A stretch of DNA of 64,000 nt from an uncultured Deinococcaceae bacterium (GCA_964252075.1 CAXULY010000007.1:32001-96000), one strand, 5' to 3'; numbered from the stretch's first letter, positions 54,093 to 62,254 are shown. Notes: generated from the sequence alone by a model not told the origin. Numbers and translations: made by a program.

Positions 54093-54740
54093 ATGTTCAA
54101 AAGAGCGGTGTGGAAGACAGAGAGCGAAAGTGCCGCTCTTGCCCGCCGCCGTGAAGAATCATCACGCCTTCGCTTTGGCCGCGCCCTTGATCTTTCCCTC
54201 TGGTCCTATGCCTGGGACCTTAAGACTGATGTGATGGACCGTTGCCCCTATGACAGGGAGCTTGAATTGTTCATTGTGGGGGAGCGCTTCCCTACAGGGG
54301 ACGAAGAAAGCGCGCACGAAATCATAGACGATGCGATGAAAGCCATTGTGGCGGCGCGCCGCCAGGCAGATGAAGTTGCCCGATGGTTCATGGAGCAAAC
54401 CCATGCAGGCGCTGAGGTCACTTCGGCTGAAGTGGCCACGAGGCTGGGCGCTTCGACTGAGGAAGAATCGCGGCTGTGGCTTGATGCGTTCGCCTTCCAT
54501 CTCTACTGTCATCACCGCACGGCCTACCGCGCCTTTAAACGTCTGCAGGGTGCTGAAGCGGGCCTCTCCGGGTTTGCAGCGGCGATGGCTGCGCGCATCG
54601 CTGAAGTCCGGCTGGAAGCCGAAGAGAACCAACTTCGGGGGTTTGAGCGGGCATCTACCCTCAAGCCGCTCAGACCCCTCGAGCAGCGCCCTCAACATCA
54701 GCCAAATGCGCCCACCAGTAGAGCTGACGGCATGAGCTGA
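54093..54740 (+). CDS. Hypothetical protein (element cargo)
   Basis: TAAAAT-N6-ATG leaderless start; 215 aa; non-host codon usage. Confidence 0.7.
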   Translation: MFKRAVWKTESESAALARRREESSRLRFGRALDLSLWSYAWDLKTDVMDRCPYDRELELFIVGERFPTGDEESAHEIIDDAMKAIVAARRQADEVARWFMEQTHAGAEVTSAEVATRLGASTEEESRLWLDAFAFHLYCHHRTAYRAFKRLQGAEAGLSGFAAAMAARIAEVRLEAEENQLRGFERASTLKPLRPLEQRPQHQPNAPTSRADGMS

Positions 54741-54797
54741 ACGCCCTTTCACAAGAGGCTTCAGCTCCGGCTCGAAGCCTCTTGTGAAAGGGCGTTC
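54739..54797. repeat. 24-bp perfect inverted repeat
   Basis: GAACGCCCTTTCACAAGAGGCTTC-N11-GAAGCCTCTTGTGAAAGGGCGTTC. Confidence 0.9.
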
Positions 54798-54799
54798 CC

Positions 54800-55024
54800 A
54801 TGACCGCAGTCACCACCAGCCAGCCCTCTGGCTCCACAAAAACCGTTCCTGATTTCTTCAGCCCCAAGGGCGTAGCCGAGCACCTGGGTGTGAACCCCTC
54901 TCTGATCTACGCCGAAATTCGTTCTGGGCGCTTGCGCGCTGTGAAGATCGGAACAAAGGTTCTACGTGTTCCACGCGAGGCACTTGAAGAGTACGTGCGC
55001 GCCCAGAGCGAAGGGGGCAAATAA
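54800..55024 (+). CDS. Excisionase-like helix-turn-helix protein
   Basis: FSPKGVAEHLGV...IY..IRSGRLRAVKIG...RVPREAL. Confidence 0.85.
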   Translation: MTAVTTSQPSGSTKTVPDFFSPKGVAEHLGVNPSLIYAEIRSGRLRAVKIGTKVLRVPREALEEYVRAQSEGGK

Positions 55025-55410
55025 TGCCCCGCCGTGGACGGGACGGCGGGGCAGGCGCGAGCAGCGCTGAGGACAGTCTAGTGGACGTGACGGGCCTCGC
55101 AAAAGCCCTGCCCCTGACGACCTTCGAGCGGAAGGCCGAGCGCGCCAGCATGCGAGAGGATGAAGCCTATTTTCGAGCGCACCCTGAGGCCGAGAGCTAC
55201 GTGCGTCCCTACCGCCGGGGTGAGCTGCCCGGCCTGGTGCTGCTGGCCACGAGCAGCGAGCCGGTGGCGGTGGCGGTGGCCTTCGTCTGCCCTGGTGAGC
55301 GGACCCGCGTGTTCATCTGGCCGCACCACCTGCGCGCCACTGCACGCCGACAGGTGGAGGCCGGCGCCCGCCAAGAGCGGGAGCGGCGCGGCCTGGGGGC
55401 GAAGGCATGA
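55024..55410 (+). CDS. Hypothetical protein
   Basis: Translationally coupled on both sides (TAATG, ATGA overlaps). Confidence 0.65.
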   Translation: MPRRGRDGGAGASSAEDSLVDVTGLAKALPLTTFERKAERASMREDEAYFRAHPEAESYVRPYRRGELPGLVLLATSSEPVAVAVAFVCPGERTRVFIWPHHLRATARRQVEAGARQERERRGLGAKA

Positions 55411-58181
55411 CCGCCGCCGACCACACTGACATCCTGGCGACCTTCAGTGCCCTCCTGCCCCCCAACACCGTCAAACACGGGCGGCTGCTGGGCGTGGACG
55501 ACAAGACGGGCAGGAAGCGGGTAGAGACGCGCGAGGGCCAGCCCGTCACGTCCGGGATGCTGGCCCGCCACCTGGGCGTCCCTGGCAAGCTTCACCGCTG
55601 GGTGCTGGGCTACCTGCCCGGCTTCGAGGAAGGCACCCCCTGCGGCCTGATTGACCTGGACCAAAAAGACTTCCCCGGCGAGCGCATGGAGGCGGTGAGG
55701 AGTGTGCTGCGGCAGGTGTGCAATGGGCTGAACCTGCACACCTACTGGGAGCGCAGCTCAAGCGGACTGGGCTGGCACCTGTGGCTCTTTACCGACGCCC
55801 CCTTGCCCTACGGCGTAATGCGGGACGCCCTGCGTGCCCTCCTGCGCAGGGCGAGTATCAAAGCCGAGGTGTACCCGATGGGCGACACGCCCGCCTCGCG
55901 CTGGGTGATCACGCCCTACTACGAAGCCCTGCGCGATGAGCGGCGGCTGGGCCGGACCTGGCTCGAGCTGGACGACGGGCAGCCCATCCCCGTGGACGAG
56001 CTGGGCGAGTACATCACCCTCACCTCGGCTGGCCGCCTGCGCGAGCTGGCAGCCGAAAAGGAAGCGCCGAAGCCGGCCAGCGCGCCCAGCGCAGCGCTCG
56101 AAACCGAACCCGGCGATCTGGCACCCGAGGCGGTGGGGCTGTTGCTGGACCTCGCGCGAAGTGCGGCCCCAAAGGGTGGGCGGCACGATGCGCTGGCGGC
56201 CTTCTTGAACCTGGGGCAGCGGGCGGGCGACCTCGAGGGCATGGCCGATGGGCTCAAGGCCGATGAGGTGCGGCAGGTGTGGTGCCCAGACGGCAGCCGA
56301 GATGCCCAGGATTGGGCCGCCGAGGTGGACCGCTGGGCCGAGAACGTGCAGACGGGCAAGGCGGAAACGCGGCGCGGGCTGCCTTACCTCCGCGAGACGG
56401 CGGGCTACACCGTGCCCAGCTTGCCCAAGCGGGCCGGGCTGGGTCTGCCGGAGATTGTGGTGAACGAGCGCCACCTCCGCGAGATTGCCGCCGACGCCGA
56501 GCGGGTCTTGCTGGAAGCGAACGAGCCGCCCACCCTCTTCCAGCGCGGCGGCGAACTGGTGCGCGTCGCTCAGGAAGAAGACAGCACCCGCCTCAAGACC
56601 TTAGAGGCGGTGGCCCTGAAAGGCGTGCTGGCCCGCGCGGCGGACTTCGTGGTGCTACTCGAACGCACCGAGAGGAATGAGGACGGCAAGAAGGAGCTGA
56701 TCGAGGACCGCAAACCCGCGCGGCCGCCTGCAGACCTCGCACCTGACCTGCTGGCCCGCGTGGAGCACCTAGGCCTGCCACCACTCCGCACCCTGGCCCG
56801 CTCGCCCATCTACGCGCCCAGCGGCGAGCTGGTGAGCGCCGAGGGCTATCACTCGACCAGCGGCATCTTTCTGGCCCTGCGGGACCTGACCGTGCCCAGC
56901 CTGCCCAGTCCTTCCGATGCTCTGGCCCTGCTGCGCGAGTTGCTGACCGACTTTCCCTTCTCCCCGTACGAAGCGGGCTTGGCTCATGCCCTCGCGGCGC
57001 TGCTGCTGCCCTTCGTGCGTCCCATGATTGAAGGCCCCACGCCCCTGCACCTGATCGAAGCGCCCACCCGCGGCAGTGGGAAGGGACTGCTCTCGGAAGT
57101 CATCGCCCACGTGGCGCTCGGCGGGGCGGCGGGCGTGATGGTGCAACCCAAGGACGGTGATGAATTCGAGAAGCGCGTGACCTCCACCCTGCTGGAAGGG
57201 GCGCGGGTCATCCTGCTGGACAACGTGCATTCACTCAAGGGCGAGGCGCTGGCCGCCATCCTGACGGCCCGCACCTGGAAGGGGCGGCGCCTGGGCAAGA
57301 GCGAGATGCTGACCCTGCCCAATGACGCCCTGTGGCTGGCAACGGGGAACAACGTGAGCCTGGATGACGACATGCCCCGGCGCATCATCCCCATCCGGCT
57401 TGACCCCGGCGTAGAGCGCCCCGAGGAACGCACCGGCTTCAGACACCCGGACCTGCTGGGCTGGGTCAAGGCGCACCGCCCCACCCTAGTGGCCGCCTGC
57501 CTGGCGCTGGTAGAAGCGTGGAAGGCAGCAGGCCGCCCGAGGGGCAGCGCCCGGCTGGGCAGTTACGAGAGCTGGGCGGCAGTGATTGGGGGCATCCTCG
57601 ATGTGGCCGGGGTGGCGGGCTTCCTGACCGGGCGTGAAGGCCTGTACGAGACGGCGAACGCCGAGCCCCAGGAGTGGGCGGAGGTGCTCGCCGCGCTGTA
57701 CACGGTGCATGGACGCGAACCCATCACCGCCCGTGAGTTCCTCGCCGCCATGCGCGGCACCGCCACGCTGCTGGACCTGTGGGAAGGCAAGCGCGACCTC
57801 TCCGCCCTGCAGCGCATCGGGCATGCCCTCAGAGCGCGTCGTGATCGGGTCTTCGGCGGGCTGGTCATTCGGCTGGAGGGCAAGCAGGGGGGCAGCCTGC
57901 GCTACCGGGTGGAACCCCCAGTGGGGCGAGGTGGCTCAAAAACCCCCGAAACCACCAAAACCTCTGAGCAGGCGGGAAAAAGCACGGCTGACACGCATTC
58001 GAGCGCTGAGGGGGTTTTACCGGGGTTTTCGGCCCAGAACCCCCAAACCCCTACAAAACCCCCAAAAAACCCCTCTAAGAAAAAAGCCGTGCTGGACGAC
58101 GAGAAACACGGGCCTCAAGGGGTTTCGGGGGTTTTAGGGGTTTTGCGGGCACCTGGCAGTGAAGATGCGGTGGAGCTGTGA
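55407..58181 (+). CDS. Primase-helicase replication protein (AEP-like + PriCT-like + P-loop NTPase)
   Basis: IDLD and ERSSSGLGWHLW; GGRHDAL; Walker A APTRGSGKG; Walker B ILLDN; ATGNN. Confidence 0.82.
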   Translation: MTAADHTDILATFSALLPPNTVKHGRLLGVDDKTGRKRVETREGQPVTSGMLARHLGVPGKLHRWVLGYLPGFEEGTPCGLIDLDQKDFPGERMEAVRSVLRQVCNGLNLHTYWERSSSGLGWHLWLFTDAPLPYGVMRDALRALLRRASIKAEVYPMGDTPASRWVITPYYEALRDERRLGRTWLELDDGQPIPVDELGEYITLTSAGRLRELAAEKEAPKPASAPSAALETEPGDLAPEAVGLLLDLARSAAPKGGRHDALAAFLNLGQRAGDLEGMADGLKADEVRQVWCPDGSRDAQDWAAEVDRWAENVQTGKAETRRGLPYLRETAGYTVPSLPKRAGLGLPEIVVNERHLREIAADAERVLLEANEPPTLFQRGGELVRVAQEEDSTRLKTLEAVALKGVLARAADFVVLLERTERNEDGKKELIEDRKPARPPADLAPDLLARVEHLGLPPLRTLARSPIYAPSGELVSAEGYHSTSGIFLALRDLTVPSLPSPSDALALLRELLTDFPFSPYEAGLAHALAALLLPFVRPMIEGPTPLHLIEAPTRGSGKGLLSEVIAHVALGGAAGVMVQPKDGDEFEKRVTSTLLEGARVILLDNVHSLKGEALAAILTARTWKGRRLGKSEMLTLPNDALWLATGNNVSLDDDMPRRIIPIRLDPGVERPEERTGFRHPDLLGWVKAHRPTLVAACLALVEAWKAAGRPRGSARLGSYESWAAVIGGILDVAGVAGFLTGREGLYETANAEPQEWAEVLAALYTVHGREPITAREFLAAMRGTATLLDLWEGKRDLSALQRIGHALRARRDRVFGGLVIRLEGKQGGSLRYRVEPPVGRGGSKTPETTKTSEQAGKSTADTHSSAEGVLPGFSAQNPQTPTKPPKNPSKKKAVLDDEKHGPQGVSGVLGVLRAPGSEDAVEL
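57938..58144. repeat. A4C4/G4T4 iteron-like array, candidate replication origin
   Basis: About 12 copies in blocks of alternating orientation (3 forward, 2 reverse, 4 forward, 3 reverse) inside the primase 3' end. Confidence 0.7.
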
Positions 58182-58582
58182 GCGCCTTGGCCCTGCTGGA
58201 CACCCTGGCCGGACTGGGCGTACACGCGAGCGTCACACCCAGCGGAACGCTGCGCGTGGAACCCGCCAGCCGCGTGCCCGCTGAGCTGCTGGAGGCCCTG
58301 AAGGCGCACCGGGACGAACTGCTGACCGAGCTGCAGCGAAACCGCTCAATTCCGCTCACGGCTTCAACAGGTTTCAACATCCCGCCACTGCCTGAGCCCC
58401 TGGCCCGCCTCGCGCGGGCCGCGGCGGGCGGCCACCTTACGCACCTCGCCAGCCTCCCCAGCGGGCTGGTGCTGAACCTGGGAGAGTACGTGCTGGCCTG
58501 GGTGGCGGCGTACCTCACGGGCGACCAGCACGAGGCGCGCAGGCGGCTCGAGGAAGCCCGTCAGGCCTGGGGGCAGGCGTGA
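58178..58582 (+). CDS. Hypothetical protein with TubC-N-like docking domain
   Basis: LL..L...GV......G.LRV......ELLEALKAHRDELL pattern; GTGA overlap with the primase stop. Confidence 0.65.
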   Translation: MSALALLDTLAGLGVHASVTPSGTLRVEPASRVPAELLEALKAHRDELLTELQRNRSIPLTASTGFNIPPLPEPLARLARAAAGGHLTHLASLPSGLVLNLGEYVLAWVAAYLTGDQHEARRRLEEARQAWGQA

Positions 58583-58656
58583 ACAGGGCGCTTCCTCGAG
58601 CCGCTATTCCTCGCTTAGACCCTAAGCACAACAGTGAAACGGCGCGCGGGAGAGAC

Positions 58657-59106
58657 TCAGGGTTCTGGAAAATTCACGGCAGGGAGGCCCGCCGCCGTAA
58701 GCGCCCGATCAACGGCGCGGGCGGCCTCCTCAACGCTGGTGTGCAGGCCCAGGTAGCTGCCATTCTTGGGTCCGCCGGGCAGCCTGATGAAGGCGCGGAA
58801 CTTTTGGCCCGAGGGCGCGACGCCCACGTAGCCCAGGGCTCCGCCCCTGGTGCGCCGCCCCGGCTGCATGGCGATCAGGTTGCTGGCGCGGAAGTCGGTG
58901 CGATCGCCGTTGCGGTGCTTCCAGACGTGGCCTGCGGGGGCCTTGCCCATGACGTGGGTGGCGAGTGTCTCGGTGGTGACCCGGCCACTCTGGCGAAACG
59001 AGCGCAGGATGCTGCCGTTCGGGTGGCGGCTCCAGGTGTGCTGAATGGCGGTCGAGTGGTCGTCAACCAGCAGGGGTTCAGGGTGGTTGGTGGGCGTGAT
59101 CCACAC
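58657..59106 (-). CDS. HNH-AP2 protein with degenerate HNH motif
   Basis: KHRNGDRTDFRASNL; GYVGV...FRAFI...YLG...EEAARAVD...NFP AP2 domain. Confidence 0.75.
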   Translation of the reverse strand: MWITPTNHPEPLLVDDHSTAIQHTWSRHPNGSILRSFRQSGRVTTETLATHVMGKAPAGHVWKHRNGDRTDFRASNLIAMQPGRRTRGGALGYVGVAPSGQKFRAFIRLPGGPKNGSYLGLHTSVEEAARAVDRALTAAGLPAVNFPEP

Positions 59107-59159
59107 GCGGTCAGTGTAGATGCTCCACCCGATTCCAGCGTCACGATTTGGGGGTTGGA

Positions 59160-59585
59160 ATGACGTCCAAGCGCTACGCCCACGCCACGGCGCCCCTGAA
59201 CGCCCGGCAGCGGGACTTCGTGAAGTACTACCTGCGCACCGGCAACGCCACCAAAGCCGCGCGCTTGGCGGGCTACCGGGAGCGCGCCGCCGCGAACCAG
59301 GGGCACCGCCTGCTGGGGCACCCGCAAGTGCGGGCGCTGCTCGCCCCTCGTCAGCAGGAGAGCATGGCCGAGCTCGCAGAGGAGGTGGCCCGCCAGCTCG
59401 GCGCGCCCTCCGCCCGCTACGCCGTCCCGGGCGCGCCTGGACTCACCGTGACCTTCGAGCGGGACGGCCGCGTGCTGAGCACCGTCGAAGCCCGTCAGGC
59501 GCTGCTCGAGGCCGACCCGCCCCACGGGCACGCGCCGGGCCTGCTGTGGCTCTTGAGCCGCGCCAGCACGGAGCGCACGCCATAA
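59160..59585 (+). CDS. Terminase small subunit
   Basis: LNARQRDFVKYYL.TGNATKAARLAGY...AANQGHRLL.HPQV is the typical TerS N-terminus. Confidence 0.85.
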   Translation: MTSKRYAHATAPLNARQRDFVKYYLRTGNATKAARLAGYRERAAANQGHRLLGHPQVRALLAPRQQESMAELAEEVARQLGAPSARYAVPGAPGLTVTFERDGRVLSTVEARQALLEADPPHGHAPGLLWLLSRASTERTP

Positions 59586-59665
59586 AGGCGAGGTAGGGCG
59601 AGAAATGACCCGAACGCCCGCAAAACGTGTCATTTCCCTGTCGAACACTGTCATTCCAGTTGAAG

Positions 59666-59701
59666 GAGTGGAGCGAATCACCCAAGTGATTCGCTCCACT
59701 C
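59666..59701. terminator. 16-bp inverted repeat between terS and the ImmA gene
   Basis: GAGTGGAGCGAATCAC-CCAA-GTGATTCGCTCCACTC. Confidence 0.7.
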
Positions 59702-60407
59702 ACTCTTTACAGGGCATCCCGCAACGCCAGCAAAGATATTCGTTGCGGCCTGTCTGTACTGACTTACAGCTCGAACAATAAGAGTACGAACTGCTACGGC
59801 CGTAAGGTGCCATATATTTTAAATGGAGCGGCAACCACTGGAAAAGCGAGGGCGGATATCTACCGACCCTGAATTCTTCAAACTTCTCTTGCTCTCCAGG
59901 GATGTCTTGAATGATCGCGTCCCGTTCTGCGGTAGATAAAAAGCTGAGGCCGCTCAGCCGATAAGCAGCGGCGGTAACACTTACTCCGAAAGCGCGAGAA
60001 ACTAGGTAAGCGTTTGGCTTCTTGTTGAACGCGGTCACAACTTGCTCCATCAGATCCCGAGGCATGAGCAACTCGGCAGCAAACGAATTGGCAGTCCTTT
60101 CAACTACCTCCAGTTCCTTTGCATCAAGACTGTAGTGACTCAAGCCACCGTCCAGCAAGGCATGTTTTAACTCGTGGGCAGCAGTAAAGCGCTGACGGCC
60201 TATCACGTTATCCGTATTGATGTATATCGTGGGCTCGCCTACACCAATGGAGATGCACGCGCCTGATAGCTTGGGTTCGTCTTCAAATATAACTTCGATG
60301 CCGTTGTCCCACAGCATTTGATAAACGTTCACCGGACCAAAAGAAATGCGATATTTGACCAGTAGGGATTGCGCCAAATCGCGAACCTCAACAGAAGCTG
60401 CCATCAA
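59700..60407 (-). CDS. ImmA/IrrE-family metallopeptidase with C-terminal Cys4 ribbon
   Basis: RQRFTAAHELKH, E..ANSFAAELLMP, FGVSVTAAAYRL; CSSC...CWRC; GAGGTG RBS; low GC. Confidence 0.92.
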   Translation of the reverse strand: MMAASVEVRDLAQSLLVKYRISFGPVNVYQMLWDNGIEVIFEDEPKLSGACISIGVGEPTIYINTDNVIGRQRFTAAHELKHALLDGGLSHYSLDAKELEVVERTANSFAAELLMPRDLMEQVVTAFNKKPNAYLVSRAFGVSVTAAAYRLSGLSFLSTAERDAIIQDIPGEQEKFEEFRVGRYPPSLFQWLPLHLKYMAPYGRSSSYSYCSSCKSVQTGRNEYLCWRCGMPCKE

Positions 60408-60417
60408 TCACCTCAGG

Positions 60418-60843
60418 TCATGCATTTTGGTCAAGGGCATCACGGACATAATTGATTTTCTTGCGTTCTGCCTTTGCTACTGCCAGCGCCGTCAAATCTG
60501 CCAAGTCGTCGGCGTTTAATCCACCTTCTGATGCCAGTCTGTTTAAAACCTTCAATGTGGAATCAGCAGGGGGGCTTTCCTCAATGAAGTGCAGTATGTC
60601 CTGATCCAAAACCTTTGCCAGGTTTTGAAGATCTTCCACGGTTGGCTTTCTGGCCGCCGCCTCCCAGCGTGAGATGGTGGCTCCACTCTCCCCAAGCATC
60701 GCTCCCAGATCATCCTGCGTAAGATGCTTTGCCTCTCGTGCTGTAAGGATTCGCCGACCTATACGGGTGTATAGGTCGGGGTCAGTCTGCACGGATCGCG
60801 GCGGTCGGCCTGCACTTCTATTCCGTCTCGAGGGGTCATTCAT
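60418..60843 (-). CDS. XRE-family repressor (ImmR-like)
   Basis: IGRRILTARE..HLTQDDLG......TISRWE...RKP...L..LA..L; GGAGG RBS. Confidence 0.92.
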   Translation of the reverse strand: MNDPSRRNRSAGRPPRSVQTDPDLYTRIGRRILTAREAKHLTQDDLGAMLGESGATISRWEAAARKPTVEDLQNLAKVLDQDILHFIEESPPADSTLKVLNRLASEGGLNADDLADLTALAVAKAERKKINYVRDALDQNA

Positions 60844-60869
60844 TGCGCATTGCCTCCATACCTATCTTA

Positions 60870-60950
60870 CCATTTTGCGAACACCAATTGCCGGGCGTCT
60901 TCGCAAAATGGGTACAGGGTTTGACAATTTGGCAATCAATCGACTATGCT
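60870..60950 (+). promoter_or_regulatory. Operator-like inverted repeat and rightward sigma70 promoter
   Basis: CCATTTTGCGAA-N18-TTCGCAAAATGG (60870-60911); TTGACA-N18-TATGCT (60921-60950). Confidence 0.65.
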
Positions 60951-61125
60951 CCTTCCAACGGGAGGCGGCAAGGGTTGCGGGCAAAAGGAAGCCCGCCCTC
61001 ACGAGACGTGAGCGACGCGCTCAAGCCACCGAAGAAGGCGGGACCTTCCAGATTGAACTCTGACAACTCAATCTACCCGGCGGGTTCCTCGGAAGCAACA
61101 GTGTTCTCCTGGCAAAAGGATCTGT

Positions 61126-61275
61126 ATGTCTGAAGATACGAGCAGTCGACCTCCGGCCCCTAGCCCCGATCACGTGTGGATTTGTCGCCCATTTTTCACC
61201 ACCAGGAGCGGTCAAATCATCACAGCGGCCTCCAGAGGGAAAAAGGCGTTTTGCTTTTGGGCGAAGCCGCGGTAG
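61126..61275 (+). CDS. 49-aa small protein MSEDTSSRPPAPSPDHVWICRPFFTTRSGQIITAASRGKKAFCFWAKPR
   Basis: AAGGA RBS, upstream promoter, strong hairpin right after the stop; below the ORF-track cutoff. Confidence 0.7.
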   Translation: MSEDTSSRPPAPSPDHVWICRPFFTTRSGQIITAASRGKKAFCFWAKPR

Positions 61276-61282
61276 CGCAATG

Positions 61283-61326
61283 AAGAGCAGGCGCGGGGTA
61301 CCTTCGAGTACCCCGCGCCTGCTCTT
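61283..61326. terminator. Probable bidirectional terminator
   Basis: 19-bp perfect inverted repeat between convergent ORFs. Confidence 0.8.
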
Positions 61327-61330
61327 GCGA

Positions 61331-61612
61331 TTATTCTTTTTCGGGCCACTTTATTGAAGCCACCCGCAGCAGGTCAGCCAGAATTGCGTCTGGCGCGTCG
61401 CTGGCGTCCAAGAGAATGTCGGTGTGCCCCCAGGCTTGAACCCAGGCGTCCACCGCGGGGGCCAGCAGGCAGCGCAGGTGCTCGAGCGCCCCGTCATAGA
61501 GCACCTGACCGGTGGTACAGCGGGGGCAGTAGAGCGTGGTGCTGTTCATGTACGGCACGGCGCCCAGCGCACCACAGCCGGCGCACATGGTCTTCGGATC
61601 GAAGGTGCTCAC
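61331..61612 (-). CDS. Hypothetical Cys4 (zinc-binding) protein
   Basis: CAGC...CPRC; AGGAGG RBS before GTG 61612. Confidence 0.65.
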   Translation of the reverse strand: MSTFDPKTMCAGCGALGAVPYMNSTTLYCPRCTTGQVLYDGALEHLRCLLAPAVDAWVQAWGHTDILLDASDAPDAILADLLRVASIKWPEKE

Positions 61613-61725
61613 GGGTGCGCCTCCTGGGGAAGGTATGGGGTGAGGCTGGGCCACAGGGCAGCTGAGACGAGATTTCCCTCAGTGAGAAGAATGCAGGCCA
61701 CCTTGAGCAGCGGAGTGTTCGTCAT
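61609..61725 (-). CDS. 38-aa small ORF
   Basis: GGGGGA RBS; its TGA overlaps the next GTG (GTGA). Confidence 0.4.
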   Translation of the reverse strand: MTNTPLLKVACILLTEGNLVSAALWPSLTPYLPQEAHP

Positions 61726-61790
61726 GGCGTTCCCCCGTGTTGAGCAGCAGGTGCGGTGTGCCGGGGCAGATGCGCCTGCCCCGGCTTCTC

Positions 61791-62024
61791 TCAGGCGCTG
61801 AGGGGCGGAGCGTTCAGGCCGAGCAGGTACGCGGCCACCTGGCCGACCAGCTGGGCGTGCTCACGCTGCTGATCGGCCGTGAGGGTGCTCACGTGCGCCA
61901 GGTGGTAAGCGCCATCCTGCTTCACTGGGACGGCCTGCAGGGGCTCGCCCTGGGCGGCGCGGATGAGCAGGTGAGAGGCTTCAGCGGGCGTGAGGGGGTC
62001 GCCGGGGTGCTTGTGATAGGGCAT
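61791..62024 (-). CDS. Hypothetical protein
   Basis: GAAAGG RBS before ATG 62024; 77 aa. Confidence 0.6.
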   Translation of the reverse strand: MPYHKHPGDPLTPAEASHLLIRAAQGEPLQAVPVKQDGAYHLAHVSTLTADQQREHAQLVGQVAAYLLGLNAPPLSA

Positions 62025-62077
62025 GGCTGGCCTTTCGACTGAAGAAAGTGGGGGCATTGCTGCCCCCGGGCGGGTGT

Positions 62078-62254
62078 TCAGTCGGCGGCGCTCAGGAGCC
62101 CGGCGAGGAAGGCCCAGCACTCGGCGGCTTCGGTGTCGCTCAGCGTGACCTCGCCCGCGTTGCTGGCTTCGATCTTGGCCCAAAGGCCCGCCTCGTACTC
62201 GCGCTGGTCCTCGTAGCGGTCGGCCAGAATCTCGATGTCGTAAACTGGGGTCAT
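62078..62254 (-). CDS. 58-aa acidic small protein (MTPVYDIEILADRYEDQREYE...)
   Basis: AGGAG RBS, GC3-rich codons, first ORF after the leftward promoter; below the ORF-track cutoff. Confidence 0.7.
   Translation of the reverse strand: MTPVYDIEILADRYEDQREYEAGLWAKIEASNAGEVTLSDTEAAECWAFLAGLLSAAD

Noticed and set aside
57938..58144. CRISPR array or telomere-type repeat
   Set aside because: Units are about 8 bp, in mixed orientation, with no unique spacers and no cas genes; no CRISPR array was seen anywhere in the window.
58579..59163. 194-aa plus-strand ORF bridging 58178 and terS with start/stop overlaps
   Set aside because: The opposite strand encodes a recognisable HNH-AP2 protein and this frame has no motifs; not fully excluded.
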